Shown here: one piece after another, positions 52,616 to 64,000 of the stretch | Numbering within the stretch: the first letter of the stretch is position 1 | Layout: every line of letters starts with the position of its first letter | NCBI GenBank assembly: GCA_965240325.2 | Contig: OZ251240.1 | Coordinates: forward strand, 1,178,001 to 1,242,000 | Source: Rebecca billardiae RCC1528 | Taxonomy: Eukaryota; Protista; Haptophyta | Direction of reading: 5' to 3' | Length of the DNA stretch: 64,000 bases | The notes under the pieces: model-generated | Databases searched by the model: none | Told to the model about the DNA's origin: nothing | The model's input: the letters and a program-made list of their open reading frames with translations, nothing else | Made by a program: the position numbers and the translations under genes

Positions 52616-55239
52616 GGGGAACTTACAGTCAGACCGTCTGAATCGGCCCCCTCGCTCAGACCGGTCTGAGCGAGGGCCCGATTCAGACGGTTTTTGGGCC
52701 CGCCCCACTGGCGAGCGCGCTGCGGGACGCACCGCGCTGGGGGCGGTGCACACTGCACTCACGGCGCGCCGCGATGTGTTCGGGCGGTGGATGGGGCTGA
52801 ATCGGCCGAGAGTGACGGTGCGATCGGCCGCGATGCGTCTGCCATCACCCAGTGATCTCGTGCGGTGCCAGCTCGCCCTTCGCTTCGTCGCCACTCGCAC
52901 TCGCACCAGTCGCGCGCGTTCATGGCTTGCCGTTCGCGCGCTGTGTTCTCGCGCAGTGTGTGCTTGGCAGCAGGGTGCTCGTGGCCGGTGGTTGCCGTCG
53001 CGGAGGATCGGAATGTGCGCAGCTACGCTACATCCCAGACGCCATGTGCCCGTCCTCGTCGAGCGTTGGAGAGACACGCGTGTCGCGCATGCGCTCGCGG
53101 AAGCAGGCTGCACAGCGGCGCGCGGGCCTGGCTGCGCGCGCATGACAAGGTGCACCACACAGCTGCCCCCGCCATGAGCACCAGCTGTGTACGCACCTCT
53201 TTCGTGTTGTCTGATCCGCCAGGCCGCCACGGCGCAGAGACTGCGTGCGTGAGACACCGACAGTCAGCGGCCACGGCGCACACAGGTCACTGGCACATGC
53301 CAATATGCCATGGCGTGCAGCAGCTGATGCAGCCGTTGCTGCAGCTTCGATTGATGAAACAGCAGCAGCGCCGGTGGCAGTCACCCCAATCGCTGCCACT
53401 GGCACACCCGTACTCGCCAACAGCACTCGCAGCCCTTGCACCTCCGGCAGCTGTGGCACGATGCTCGGCTGAGCGGCGGCAATAGGCACTGTCGTCCGAG
53501 CAGCCGCGCGCGCGCTCCTTCGCGGGCGCGCTGTCGCGGGAGTGCTGCTCCAAGGACCAGCAGCTGGTGCAGATGTTGCGGCTGAGACAGCAACTGCTGT
53601 TGCTCGTGTTGGTAGCCTCAACGCAGCCGTACTAGCGTTATGAGGGGAGATGACTTGTGGAATGGGAATTGCTGCAGCCACTTTTTATTCCGCCATTTAT
53701 TTTTATTAAAAGCAGCTTGCAGTTGCAGCAGAGTCAGAGACTTAGCGTGTCAGAAGCTGTCCCGCAGGGCTCAACTCGTCACGTACAGCGTCGGCGCTCG
53801 GAGCCTCGGGAGTTTGCACCAACCGGGCGTGGTGGGCGTGTCCCGCGCGGCGCGCAGCGCAGCGCTGTACGTGGGCGAGACAGCCGCGTCCGCGTCTCGC
53901 ACTTCGGCGGCGGTGCCGAGGGCGGAGGCCGCCCGCCGCGTGCCTGACGGCAGCGCCTCAAGCAGCGCAGTCCCATGCGCATGCAGACGGGTGCGACGGC
54001 AATGGCGGTGGGTTTCGCAACGTGCACAGCGTCAGAAGCTCGGCACCTGATCCGCCCAGCTGCAGCAATAGCACCATCGGTCTGGCGCCTGGCGCTCAGT
54101 GGGCGGCGTGTCGGGCGGATGCAGATGCACTTGCCGTCTGAATCAGGACGCCGGGCATGCGTGCCGAAGCAGTTCGCCCCAGCGCGCGCACTCGCAGAGT
54201 GAGAACGGCCGCCCTGCCGGCCGGAGGCCAATGCACTCGCCTGGCGGCTGCCGGCGCACGGTAGACCAGGTCAAACGTAAGCACCCGAAACCACCACCAC
54301 CACGGCGGTGGTGACCGAGAGCACGACCACGGGCGGTGGCGCAGCCGATGTCGCGAGCGTGAGCGCAAGCGTGGCCGTGAGCAAGGCGAGCAGCGTGAGC
54401 GATGCGCGGAGCGATCGCGCCCGCCCTTCCGACGAGGAGAGGGCTTTATTGCGCAAGAGGTCCCCAGCGGTAGGTGGCAGCGATGTCGCGACATCGCTGA
54501 GCGCACCGACGTTGCCAGCCGGTCGACGTGGCCAGAGAAAGCTGTGAGCTGGATTGTTGCCGCAAGCAACCGTGTCAGCTGTGGCCGCTGACTGTCGGTG
54601 TCTCACGCACGCAGTCTCTGCGCCATGGCGGCCTGGCGGATCAGACAACACGAAAGAGGTGCGTACACAGCTGGTGCTCATGGCGGGGGCAGCTGTGTGG
54701 TGCACCTTGTCATGCGCGCGCAGCCAGGCCCGCGCGCCGCTGTGCAGCCTGCTTCCGCGAGCGCATGCGCGACACGCGTGTCTCTCCAACGCTCGACGAG
54801 GACGGGCACATGGCGTCTGGGATGTAGCGTAGCTGCGCACATTCCGATCCTCCGCGACGGCAACCACCGGCCACGAGCACCCTGCTGCCAAGCACACACT
54901 GCGCGAGAACACAGCGCGCGAACGGCAAGCCATGAACGCGCGCGACTGGTGCGAGTGCGAGTGGCGACGAAGCGAAGGGCGAGCTGGCACCGCACGAGAT
55001 CACTGGGTGATGGCAGACGCATCGCGGCCGATCGCACCGTCACTCTCGGCCGATTCAGCCCCATCCACCGCCCGAACACATCGCGGCGCGCCGTGAGTGC
55101 AGTGTGCACCGCCCCCAGCGCGGTGCGTCCCGCAGCGCGCTCGCCAGTGGGGCGGGCCCAAAAACCGTCTGAATCGGGCCCTCGCTCAGACCGGTCTGAG
55201 CGAGGGGGCCGATTCAGACGGTCTGACTGTAAGTTCCCC
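52616..55239. mobile_element. Non-autonomous Mutator-like element (MULE) with 659-bp TIRs
   Basis: 52616-53274 is the reverse complement of 54581-55239; ends GGGGAAC...GTTCCCC; TSD GCCTCCGCGGC at 52605-52615 and 55240-55250 (9 bp if the termini are read one base wider). Confidence 0.92.
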
Positions 55240-55412
55240 GCCTCCGCGGCCGGGTGACAGCCCGAGGCTGGCCAAGCGCGCGAGATTGATTCGTCACTAT
55301 CCCAGCAGGCACCGACTAAAGTTTACTGATCAACAAGCCTTGCTACCGTACAGTTTCAAGTTACTAAAGGCATGAGTACTGAGCTGATTGTTGAGTCAGC
55401 TCGGGCCGGAAG

Positions 55413-56108
55413 TTACTCCGCCCCACCGTCACCGTCGGGCGTTTCGCCTTCGTCCTCCTCGTCCACGAGGGCGTCCAGCACGGCGTTCACCACGTCCCAC
55501 TCCTCGTCGTGGTACTCGAAGAGCAGGAGGAAGTGCAGCGCCTCGATGGGGTTGAGCCCAACCTTGAGCATGCGCCCGAGCCGGCTGATGCGCGGCTCGG
55601 ACACCCACACGTCCTTCTGCTCGGCCGAGCCGTCGGGGCTGGGCACCCAGTCCGGGGCACGGATGCGCACAGCCATCAGCCGCTTCGGCGCGCCATGGTC
55701 GTAGCTCACGTTGATCGTGTACACGACGTACCAGCCGCCGCTGGCTGTGCCCGCGCGCTTCTGCGGCGTGCACCGAAAGCTGAAGTGGAGACTCGTCCGG
55801 CGTGCGAGCCCGACGAGGTCTACGGACGCCTTGATGAGCGAGCGCCCCTTGGGCTCGATGTTCGAGTCGAACGCGCGGACGCGCATGAGCGCGCTCAGCC
55901 GCTCGCCGCGCGGCGTGAGCTCGCCGGCCTCGCAGAGGCCGAGCTCAAAATCGTCTCGGCGAATCGCGTCGCGCACGGCTTGCTCTGCGCGTAAAAGCGG
56001 CGCTTCGGCCTCGATGGCGCGCAGAACGTCCGCCTCTAGGGCGTCATCACGCAGCTGCTCGACGAGCGCCTCCATCCCGGAGCGCACGCGTTCACGCAGA
56101 GAGGTCAT
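55413..56108 (-). CDS. Hypothetical protein
   Basis: Globular-looking ~230-aa ORF with GC-rich third positions and an acidic tail; no family recognised; start uncertain. Confidence 0.6.
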   Translation of the reverse strand: MTSLRERVRSGMEALVEQLRDDALEADVLRAIEAEAPLLRAEQAVRDAIRRDDFELGLCEAGELTPRGERLSALMRVRAFDSNIEPKGRSLIKASVDLVGLARRTSLHFSFRCTPQKRAGTASGGWYVVYTINVSYDHGAPKRLMAVRIRAPDWVPSPDGSAEQKDVWVSEPRISRLGRMLKVGLNPIEALHFLLLFEYHDEEWDVVNAVLDALVDEEDEGETPDGDGGAE

Positions 56109-56357
56109 CACACCAAGCTCACGGATGCACAGAGCGACGCCATCGTGCGATCCACGCGATCGGCGGCGGCGACGCGGCCGTCATTTTTTATTTAAAAAGA
56201 CGGCTGACTACTGATCACTCATCTCATGGTACACACCGCAGCGTTGCGAGCGCAGCTTCGGAGACCCACACGCGGGGAGAGAGACCACGCGGGCACTACT
56301 CGGAACCCTTAGTAGGTATTGCAGCTCTCCAGCATGACGATGCACTTCTTAATTTCA

Positions 56358-57836
56358 CTACAGCTCTGGTCGCAAGCGTGAGCGGGGCCGCGGGCGTTGC
56401 GGACGCCTCGCCTGCCGCGACGACGTCGGCACCCGCACTGCGGACGCGGTCGTGGCCGGCAGCTGCCGATGCGTCTGGCAGAGCTGCTTGTGGCAGAAGA
56501 AGCGGTGCCGCCAGCGCGAGAGGTCCACCCATGCCTCCGGGCCGACGCTCACGAGCCCAAGCGCCCGGTGCCAGAACTGCTGGTCCGTCCACCTGTGCAC
56601 CCACTGGCCGCGCGGGTGTGCGTACCACGCTGCTGAGAAGTGCATCACTTCCGGAGAAGCCCAGAAGCCGAGCCAGCCTGCGACGAAGTTGCCGTAGAAC
56701 GCCATCTTCTCCGTGACCCACCACGTCGTGTCCTCCGCCGCCGCCACCACGCGCCGGCGTGGCGCGGCGCCCGCCGTGTGCACATCACCACCGGGACCAT
56801 GCATATGATTATAATTACTCTTCGGAGCGGCGGCGGCGGCAGCGCTGCTGCCGCTGCTGGCGGATGCTTCCAGCTCGGAGCAGCGCGCCGTCTCATTGGC
56901 CAGGTACTCCTCGAGCAGCGCGTTGAGGCCCATCGCGCAGCTGGGCACGTCGAAGAACGGCCACTTCGAGGTGAAGGCGAGCGGCGCGCGCTGGCGGTGC
57001 AGCTCGGCCGCGGGGCTCGTGGGCAGCCGCGCGAGTACATGCACATCCGTGTCGACCTTGACGAAAAAGTCGAAGAAGTCGAGCACGCGTAATCGGAAGA
57101 GGTGGTGCACGTAGAAGTTGTTGGACTGCACGTACGCGAACTTCGCGTGGTTGCAGCCGGGCGTGCGCCACTCGGCGAGCGACGCGCCCTCGGGCAGCGC
57201 GCGCACCCACTCGGGCTCGGGCAGCGTGACCACGCCGACGAGCGCGTACGACGGCAGAGGCGCGCGCGCCGTGCTGAAGCTGTACAGCTCGTATCCCTCG
57301 TCGAGCTCGAGCAGCCGCGCGCGCGCGCAGGGCTGCGGCGGCTGGGCGCCGGAGTCGCACTCGACGGGGCTCAGCCCGAGCGCGCGCGCGTACGCCCGCG
57401 CCTCGCCCGCGTCGGCCACGGTGTAGTGCCGCGCGAGCAGCAGCAGCAGCGTCGAGTTGTGAGGCTGCAGCATATGCTCGTGCCATCCGGCCAGTCGGTT
57501 CGGCTCGAAGAGCAGGCTGGCCTGCGCGGCGGCCCCGCGCGCGCCGCGCGGCGAGGTGCCGTTGGCGCACACGAGCACGACGACGACGCTCGAGCCCGGT
57601 GCGTCTTCTGCGTCGCGCCACGAGCGCACGGGCGTATACCGGAAGCGCTGCTGAAGCTCGCCCGCCCTCTCGACCGCGGCCGGAGCGTCCGCGCCGAGCC
57701 GACCTCGGCACTGGTGCGCGCTCTGCCAGGGGACTGGGGATGGCTGCGAGCGGTTGGTGGCGCGCCAGCCGCCCACCACGACGTCGTGCGCGTCCGCCGC
57801 CGTCAGCATCGATACGACGAGCACCGCCGCCGCCAT
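56358..57836 (-). CDS. Glycosyltransferase family 15 (KRE2/KTR alpha-1,2-mannosyltransferase-like)
   Basis: Signal peptide; LDFFDFFVKVDTD; FYGNFVAGWLGFWASPE; WVHRWTDQ (compare GT15 RWGDA). Confidence 0.75.
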   Translation of the reverse strand: MAAAVLVVSMLTAADAHDVVVGGWRATNRSQPSPVPWQSAHQCRGRLGADAPAAVERAGELQQRFRYTPVRSWRDAEDAPGSSVVVVLVCANGTSPRGARGAAAQASLLFEPNRLAGWHEHMLQPHNSTLLLLLARHYTVADAGEARAYARALGLSPVECDSGAQPPQPCARARLLELDEGYELYSFSTARAPLPSYALVGVVTLPEPEWVRALPEGASLAEWRTPGCNHAKFAYVQSNNFYVHHLFRLRVLDFFDFFVKVDTDVHVLARLPTSPAAELHRQRAPLAFTSKWPFFDVPSCAMGLNALLEEYLANETARCSELEASASSGSSAAAAAAPKSNYNHMHGPGGDVHTAGAAPRRRVVAAAEDTTWWVTEKMAFYGNFVAGWLGFWASPEVMHFSAAWYAHPRGQWVHRWTDQQFWHRALGLVSVGPEAWVDLSRWRHRFFCHKQLCQTHRQLPATTASAVRVPTSSRQARRPQRPRPRSRLRPEL

Positions 57837-58238
57837 TGCTGAAAGTCACATGAACACTTTCAACTTGTGCCTCCGGCTCCCGCTCGCAAGGCGCTCCGGC
57901 AGCTCAGACTGCCTCAGAGCTCACTGCCACTGTCAATACTACTACGGTAATGTTCAATTGGAACATATTGGCGGTGCTGGAGCTACCAGGTCAAAGTTAT
58001 GAGTAGTAGTACAGTTTACTAAGAATAATAAGAGACGCACACAGCTCAGGCAGGCGAGATTGACGCCCGCCAACTGTCACCGCCCATGAAGCCGTCGCCG
58101 ATGGTAGCGCCGACAGTAGTGCTACAATCAGCGGCGGCAGTCAATTCATGAGCCTGCTGCGATGCTGCTGGACAGCAGCTGGCGTAGGCACCGACGGTGG
58201 CGGGCAGGCTTGCGGGCGGCACGGGTGGCATACCGGCC

Positions 58239-58307
58239 GCCGTGTCATCAGGGCGACCCCTCGCCCGCTGTGGGTGTTGGTGGGGCCGCCCGTCACATTG
58301 CACCTGC
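58239..58307 (-). promoter_or_regulatory. SECIS element (type II) in the GPx 3'UTR
   Basis: mRNA sense: GUGAC-GGGCGGCCCC-ACCAACACCCACAGCGGGCGA-GGGGUCGCCC-UGAU. This gives the UGAN/NGAN quartet, a 10-bp helix II, unpaired AA and a CCC/GGG ministem, about 60 nt after the stop. Confidence 0.85.
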
Positions 58308-58364
58308 TCCACCGACGGTGACCGCGTCGTGCCGTGCAGCTGTCTGTGACCGCCAACGCTCTGT

Positions 58365-58835
58365 TTACCCGAGCAGCTGCGCGATGTGGGCGTCGAGAGT
58401 GGCGGCAGGCGTGCGCGAGGCGTAGCGCGCGGCCAGGTTGCCCTCGCGATCAATGAGGAACTTTCCGTCAAAGTTCCACGCAATCTTACTCTCGGGATTG
58501 ATCTGCTTGAAGAGCGGATGCGCGTTCGGCCCGTTCACGTCGACGGGCGCGAACATGTCGAACTGGACATTATACTTGCTCACGAAGGACTGGATCTCCT
58601 CGTCCTTCTTGAACTCCTGCGCGCCGAACTGGTAGCACGGAAAGCCCAGGATGTGGAAGCCAGACGCTGCGTACTTTTGGTGCAGAGCGGTGAGCTCCTT
58701 GTACGAGCGATCGGTGGCTCCTCACCGTGAGGCGACGTTGACGACGAGCAGGACCTTACCGCGGTACGAGTCGATGGGCACGTCCTCGCGGCTCCCAAGC
58801 CGCTGCGCGGTCAAGCCCTGGCCAAATAGCGACAT
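58365..58835 (-). CDS. GPX: Selenocysteine glutathione peroxidase (156 aa; Sec38 = TGA at 58722-58724)
   Basis: MSLFG...GKVLLVVNVASR-U-GAT...ILGFPCYQFGAQE...VNGPNAHPLF...IAWNFDGKFLIDREG; the TGA falls exactly at the peroxidatic position. Confidence 0.95.
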
Positions 58836-59438
58836 CCCCGCCCCGGCGGCCCCGCGCGTGTTCTGCTGGTGGAAGCCTGCCTGGGCGCAATCGGTGCGGA
58901 ATCAAGGACGACGGCAGATTCCCGAATTTCCCGCCGTCCGGTGTTCATGAGTGGCTTCCCTGAACGTCGCGACCGAGACGCGAATAATGGCGGCCGTTCC
59001 CTCAAGTGCCGCTGAGATTTCCTCGCGTGGGTGCAGAGCCTCTCAGCTGCACGATCAAACCCGTGCCGATCACGCCGCACGAGCTCACGACCTGCCTAGT
59101 CGGCACTACCTACCCGGTGCAGCCATATCATTGCCAACGACGACCGCCAACCGTGCCAACCTCCGCCTTAGGAGTGAACTAGCCTCTCGGTTTAGACACT
59201 CACAGGCTCGGACCGGCATCACGGTCCGCCGGGCCCGGGGTGATGTGCGTCAGCGTGGCACCGTGCGCGGCGCGGCCGCGGCGTGCCGCGCTGGCCCCAC
59301 GGCCGCTGGCTCGCTGAGTGGCTCTTAGGCTTCACTACTCGGTGAGTACTCCTCCGTGCCGTAAACGACCGCGACTGAACTCGTGGCGCGCGGCGGCGGC
59401 CACGCTGACGGCTGAGTCCTCAGCAAGTTTCCCGCCGT

Positions 59439-62400
59439 TCACTCGCTGCACAGGAACGGCAGCACGGCCAGGTCGCACGGCCGCTCCTCCCACTTCCCCG
59501 CCGCGCCGATCACAGCGCATCCTGCGCGCGACGGGTCTCCCCTCGGCTGTCCGGCCGCCCAGTTCGCCAGCCCGAGCTCGCGCGCGCCTGTGGCCCAGCC
59601 CCAGCCCTGCGTGGTGTTGTCTGCAGCCAGCGGCAAGCCGGTCGGTCTACGCAGGCCGAGCCAGACGCCTTCCACGGGCGCATCCCCGCACGCGCACGCG
59701 GCAAGCTCCGCCTCCGAGCGCGTGCGGACGGCGCCGAGCGCGCGCCCTTCGGAGGCGCACGCGGCGCGCGCGCCATCCCACGCGCGAGGCATGCCGCTGC
59801 CCCCACGCCCGCCGCGGTAGGCGAAGCGCGCCCGGCCGCCGCGCGCGGCCGCGTCCCGCCCGACGAGATCGGCGCATTCCGCGCAGCGCTGCTGCGCGGG
59901 CATGGTCATGGCGGCGACCAGCCCGCCGATGCTCGCGCCCGTGAGCACTCCGACCAGCAGCAGCGCGACGAAGGAGCGCCGCCGGCTTCCCACCAGCGCG
60001 GAGCGGCGGTGCGCCGCCGACCAGAGGGCGCCGCCGCCTTCCCCAGGGCTCGGCACGGACAAGCCGACGCCGGGGCTCGGCGTGACGCTCGTGGCCGATT
60101 CGCCGTGCTCGACGACGGCGGGTATTCGCAGCGAGAGCTCGTGCTGCGGCGAGTGCACGCTCGCGGCCGACTCACGGCCGGATGTGGCGGCGGAGAAGCG
60201 GCCCTCGCAGAACGACAGAACGGTGCTCAGCCGGCTGCCACTGGCGCGCCCACTCGACTGGGAGGCTTGGCCGTCAGCCGCGGCGCCGTTGGTGCGCGCG
60301 GCAGCGTGCGCCCTCGACGCCGCCTGTGCTCGCCCGAAGCGGCGCGTGCGCGGCGAGCGCCTCGGCCGCGGCGGCGTTGGCGCGCCGCCAGGCGGCACGA
60401 GCACGGTTGCGCGCTCGGCCACAGGCGTTCCTCCGGCCGCGTGCGCGCCGCCGCCGCCGGCTGCCGCTGTGACGCCCATGCTGTGCACAGATGTCGGCGT
60501 ACCGCCCCCGGGTGCCGTACCAGAGGGCGATGCGTCAGCGGGCGGCGGTGCGGACCAGCTCCCTCCTGCCGGGGCCGGGGCCTTGCCCGCGGCGGGGACG
60601 CGGTGAGCGCCAACGCGCCCAGCCAGCGGGCCTCTGCTCCGCCCTACGGAGTCCGAGGCCGAGCGCGAGCGCGCCAGCGCCTTTGGCCACTCGCGAAGCG
60701 GCGAGCGTGCTGATCGCGACGACCACGAGCGAGCGCTACCGCCGCCGTCGCTCGCGCTGTTCGCGCCGCCGAGCTCGTGAGTGCCTCGATCGCGCGGCGA
60801 TTTTGGCGTGTAGAGCGCACGTGCCAGCAGCCTCGCAGCGCCTGGCGACGGCGTGTCCGACCCCGCGTCCGAGCGGCGCTTGACGCGCGCCGCCGCGTCG
60901 ATCTCGGCGGTGCGCAGCTCCGAGTACGTCGCCTTTGGCGCGGAGAGGAGCAGCTCGCGCACCAGCCGATTGAAGCCGTCGAGCGTGCCGCACGCGCCCT
61001 CGATGCACGAGAGCAGCCGGTCGTAGTCCGCAGCCAGGAAGCAGTTGCACGCGCGCGCGTCGAAGCGAGCGCCGAAGCACGACGCTTCGACCTGGCACAA
61101 GCCGGGCAGCAGGCCCATCTCGACCTCGGTGCCGCCCATCTGCACGAAGACGAAGAGCTGCGTGCACACATGCGCGCGCGTGGGGGGACAGCCCACCGTG
61201 TGGTGCGCGGGCGCGCCGCCAGGGGTAGGGGCGCGAGAGGTGGCGACGGGGTCACGGGGCAGTCGCCAGGTGCCGAGGTGCGGTCGCGCGGCGGGACGGA
61301 CACGCAAGGCGCGGCTCCACGCACGGCGCGAACGCCCGCGCCGCCGCACGGCGCGGCGAGGCACGGCCAAAGTTGCCGCGCTCGGCAGGGCTGGGGTTGC
61401 AGCAGGCGCAGGCGCAGGCGCACCTCAACGACACACCACAGGCTGCGCAGACGCAGCGGGGCCGGTCCGGGGCGGTCCGGCGCCGGGGAGAAGGGGTGCG
61501 CGGCGGGTGAGTGAAGCAGCCGAGCCATGCACAAGCGCGCGCGCTGCACGCGCCGTCCGCCACCCGCGCGACATGGCCCGAAGGGCAGGCAAGCAGGCAG
61601 ACGCCTCGTCGCAGTGTCGCACGTGCCTCCGCGCGCGCGCGGCCGCGCGCGCGTACCGCTGCAGGTAGGTGTCTCCCGCGAGGATCAGCAGCCGGTTGCA
61701 GCCGGCCAGGAAGACGGGGAGGCTCGGCAGGTCGGCGGCGATGTTTGACTGGTCGATGCAGCACTGGTGGCGCGCGGGGTGCGCACGCGGTGGGCGGCGG
61801 GCGGAGGCGCGCGCGCACGCGCGCGCGTGAGTCCGCGCACGACCGCGAGCGGCAGCACGGTGGTGGCTGGGCAGCAGCGGCTGCGTGCGCGTGTGCGCGC
61901 AGGACCCGGAGGCCGCGCAGGCGCGCCCCACCAGCGCTCTGGTAGCGCAGCGCACGCGCGCGGCGGCTGCCACGGCTGACAGCGCAGGCAGCAGCTCCTG
62001 CTGCCACGGCTGTTCAGCAAAGAGCGGGGTCCCGCCGCTCCCGCCGCTCGCTCAGCCAGCGTGCATCCACCATCGCGCGTGCGCACCGCCGCGCATGCCC
62101 CTGTGCAGCCGCCGCCGCTGCGCACACCTTGTCGATCCAGAGATACGGCTGCCGGCCCTGCGTGCTCGCAAAGCGCTCGCACCACGCCTGCAGCTCTGTC
62201 CACTTCTGCTGCGGGTCGTCGTGCCAGCTGCACGGCAGCACGCCACACGTCACACACGCGGGTTGGGCGGGCGCGGAGACGGGCGCATGCACGCGCGCGC
62301 GCGCGTCGGGCCGCACGATGGATGAGGGCGCTGCTGCGGCGCCGCGGCGCCTCGGCCCCGCGCTCCGCAAGGCGCGGCGCAGCGGAGGGGTCGGCCGTCC

Positions 62401-63511
62401 GGCGCGCGCGCGTCGCGCAGCACCTGTGCGAGACGAATGCATCGACCATCTCGAGGTGCGCCGGCACCGAGCGCTCGTACCACTCGTTGCCCGCTGCGTT
62501 CGTCGCGAACACCTCGCGCGCGAGGCTGCTTGCAAGGATCGCGCGCATCCGCTGCCGCCCCGATCGGATCGCTTCCTCGGGCGCCATGTCCTCCGCGAGC
62601 AGGGAGGCGATGCTCGCCGCGGTGCGCACGTTCTCGCCGCCCGCGGCGAGCATCGCCTGCACGCGCTGCAGCACGCCGGGGATCCAGAAGAACCCCGCGA
62701 GCGGCGCCGACACCAGCAAAATGCCCACCTCGCCCATGAGCCGCTCCGAGCGCGTATATGCGGGTACAAAGTGAAGGCCTGCGGCGAGCGCGTACGCGGC
62801 GCCGCAGCCGGTGATGACGTAGAACGCGCCGAAGACCTTCCAGAGGCGTTGGAGCATCCAGCGCGACGTGACGGCGTCGAACGCGGGTGGCGCGCTCACC
62901 CTGCTCTCGGGCGGCATGTCGCTCAAATCGCCGACCGAGGCCGTGGCCCACCTGCTGCGCAGCCGCGACGGCGCGCGGTACCAGCGCGCGAGCCCGGCGA
63001 TGTAGTAGAGGACGAACATCAGGTGGAAGGCGCCGTGCCACGCGACGCGCGCGAACGCGTCGTGCGCGTCGTAAAGCACGCGGCAGTCCGCCACGCCGAG
63101 CACGCGCGTCGCGCCGGGCAGCGCCTGCAGCGCGAGGAACACAGTCGCAAGCAGGACGTTGCATGCAAGCATCAGGTACGTGGCGCCGAGGACGAGGCGC
63201 CGGTCGACCGGGAGGACGGGGAGGACGACCAGCCAGCTCGTGCTCATGCCCAGCACGAAGCCCGCGTAAATCAGCAAAGTCCACTCGCCCTGGTCGAGCA
63301 TGATGAAGGTGAGCCCGCCGAGCGAGCCGAGCACGCCGCCGACCAGCGGCGGCACCGTGAGCTTGCGCCGTCGTGCGCGGCTCGTGGCGCGCGAGTGCTC
63401 GAGCTGGGAGCGAATGCGGTCGACGCGCGTGCTGTGGGCCGCATCGTCGCCCGCGCCGTCCGCGAGCTCCTCGTCGAACGGCACGACCGTGGCGGCCGTC
63501 GACGCCCGCAT
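59439..63511 (-). CDS. 6TM + TIR-like domain + TM + C-terminal C-type lectin domain protein; introns 62228-62423, 61764-62127, 61443-61656, 61158-61423
   Basis: Spliced: VDAFVSHSWHDD..KW..LWIDKCCIDQSNI..LPVFLAGCNRLLILAGDTYLQRLWCVVELFVF. CTLD: WDGARAAC..LGAVRT..VWLGL..WGW..NWAAGQP..CAVI..GKWEERPC..PFLC. Confidence 0.82.
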
Positions 63512-64000
63512 CTCTCGGGTCGCGGGGCCTTCCCCACCTGCGCAACTCCCGCACGGTCAACTTGGTTTGTGTGGTGCCGAGATGGTCGTAAACCACATGT
63601 CAAACGCCTTTAGCATTGGAGGTTGCGCTACTTGATGACTACTCAAAAGAGGTTCGATCGACGTTCGACGAAGCGTCCCGGGGATGATTATATCCTCGTC
63701 CGCCGCTCGTCAGACGCTACAGCGCTGCTCATTCGCTGACACCGCCCAGTATCCGCTCCGCTCGGCAATTCACTCGGCGTAAACCGTGCCGACCCGCACT
63801 GGTCATGAACTCCGAACATCACGCTCGCAAGGGCCGTGATCACGCGCCAAATAATCCACCCGTCCCAGAAAGCCTCTGAGCCCGTCTTCGGCTCAGCGGG
63901 CTCAAAAACTTCGCAGCGAGGTTTTTGAGCTCAGTGACTATGAAATGGACTGGCAACGAATAGCTGCGGGTATTTTTCAATACCAGGGGCCTTGATGTAG

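Noticed and set aside
58722-58724. GPx pseudogene with a premature stop
   Set aside because: The TGA is at the catalytic position, the rest of the frame is intact and a SECIS follows.
63900-63930. Hairpin GCTCAAAAACTTCGC-A-GCGAGGTTTTTGAGC as a terminator or TE end
   Set aside because: A real inverted repeat, but isolated at the window edge; bacterial terminator logic does not apply and no partner is visible.

Overview
Very GC-rich eukaryotic nuclear DNA with GT-AG introns (typically GTGCGC...GCGCAG) and (TA)n islands between genes. Gene content and style suggest a haptophyte microalga, possibly Pavlovales (inference). About 15 protein genes: a PDI-like protein, an ankyrin-MYND protein, GT8 and GT15 glycosyltransferases, a single-domain voltage-gated channel, an oxidoreductase-SelD fusion, Sec14, a RAP protein, NOG1, an EsV-1-7 repeat protein, a JmjC protein, a BTB-pentapeptide protein, and a selenocysteine glutathione peroxidase with in-frame UGA and a SECIS, which the ORF track splits. 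Two multi-pass membrane proteins couple extracellular recognition domains to TIR/TIR-like domains. Mobile DNA clusters in TA microsatellites: a split-direct-repeat tyrosine-recombinase retroelement with RT/RNaseH and YR in one ORF joined by a 2A-like GEARNPGP motif, 5'-truncated CRE-like LINE ends, two copies of a 2-kb TIR element in the same target motif in opposite orientations, a long-TIR MULE, a foldback element and a MITE. All calls were made by eye from motifs; no searches were run.
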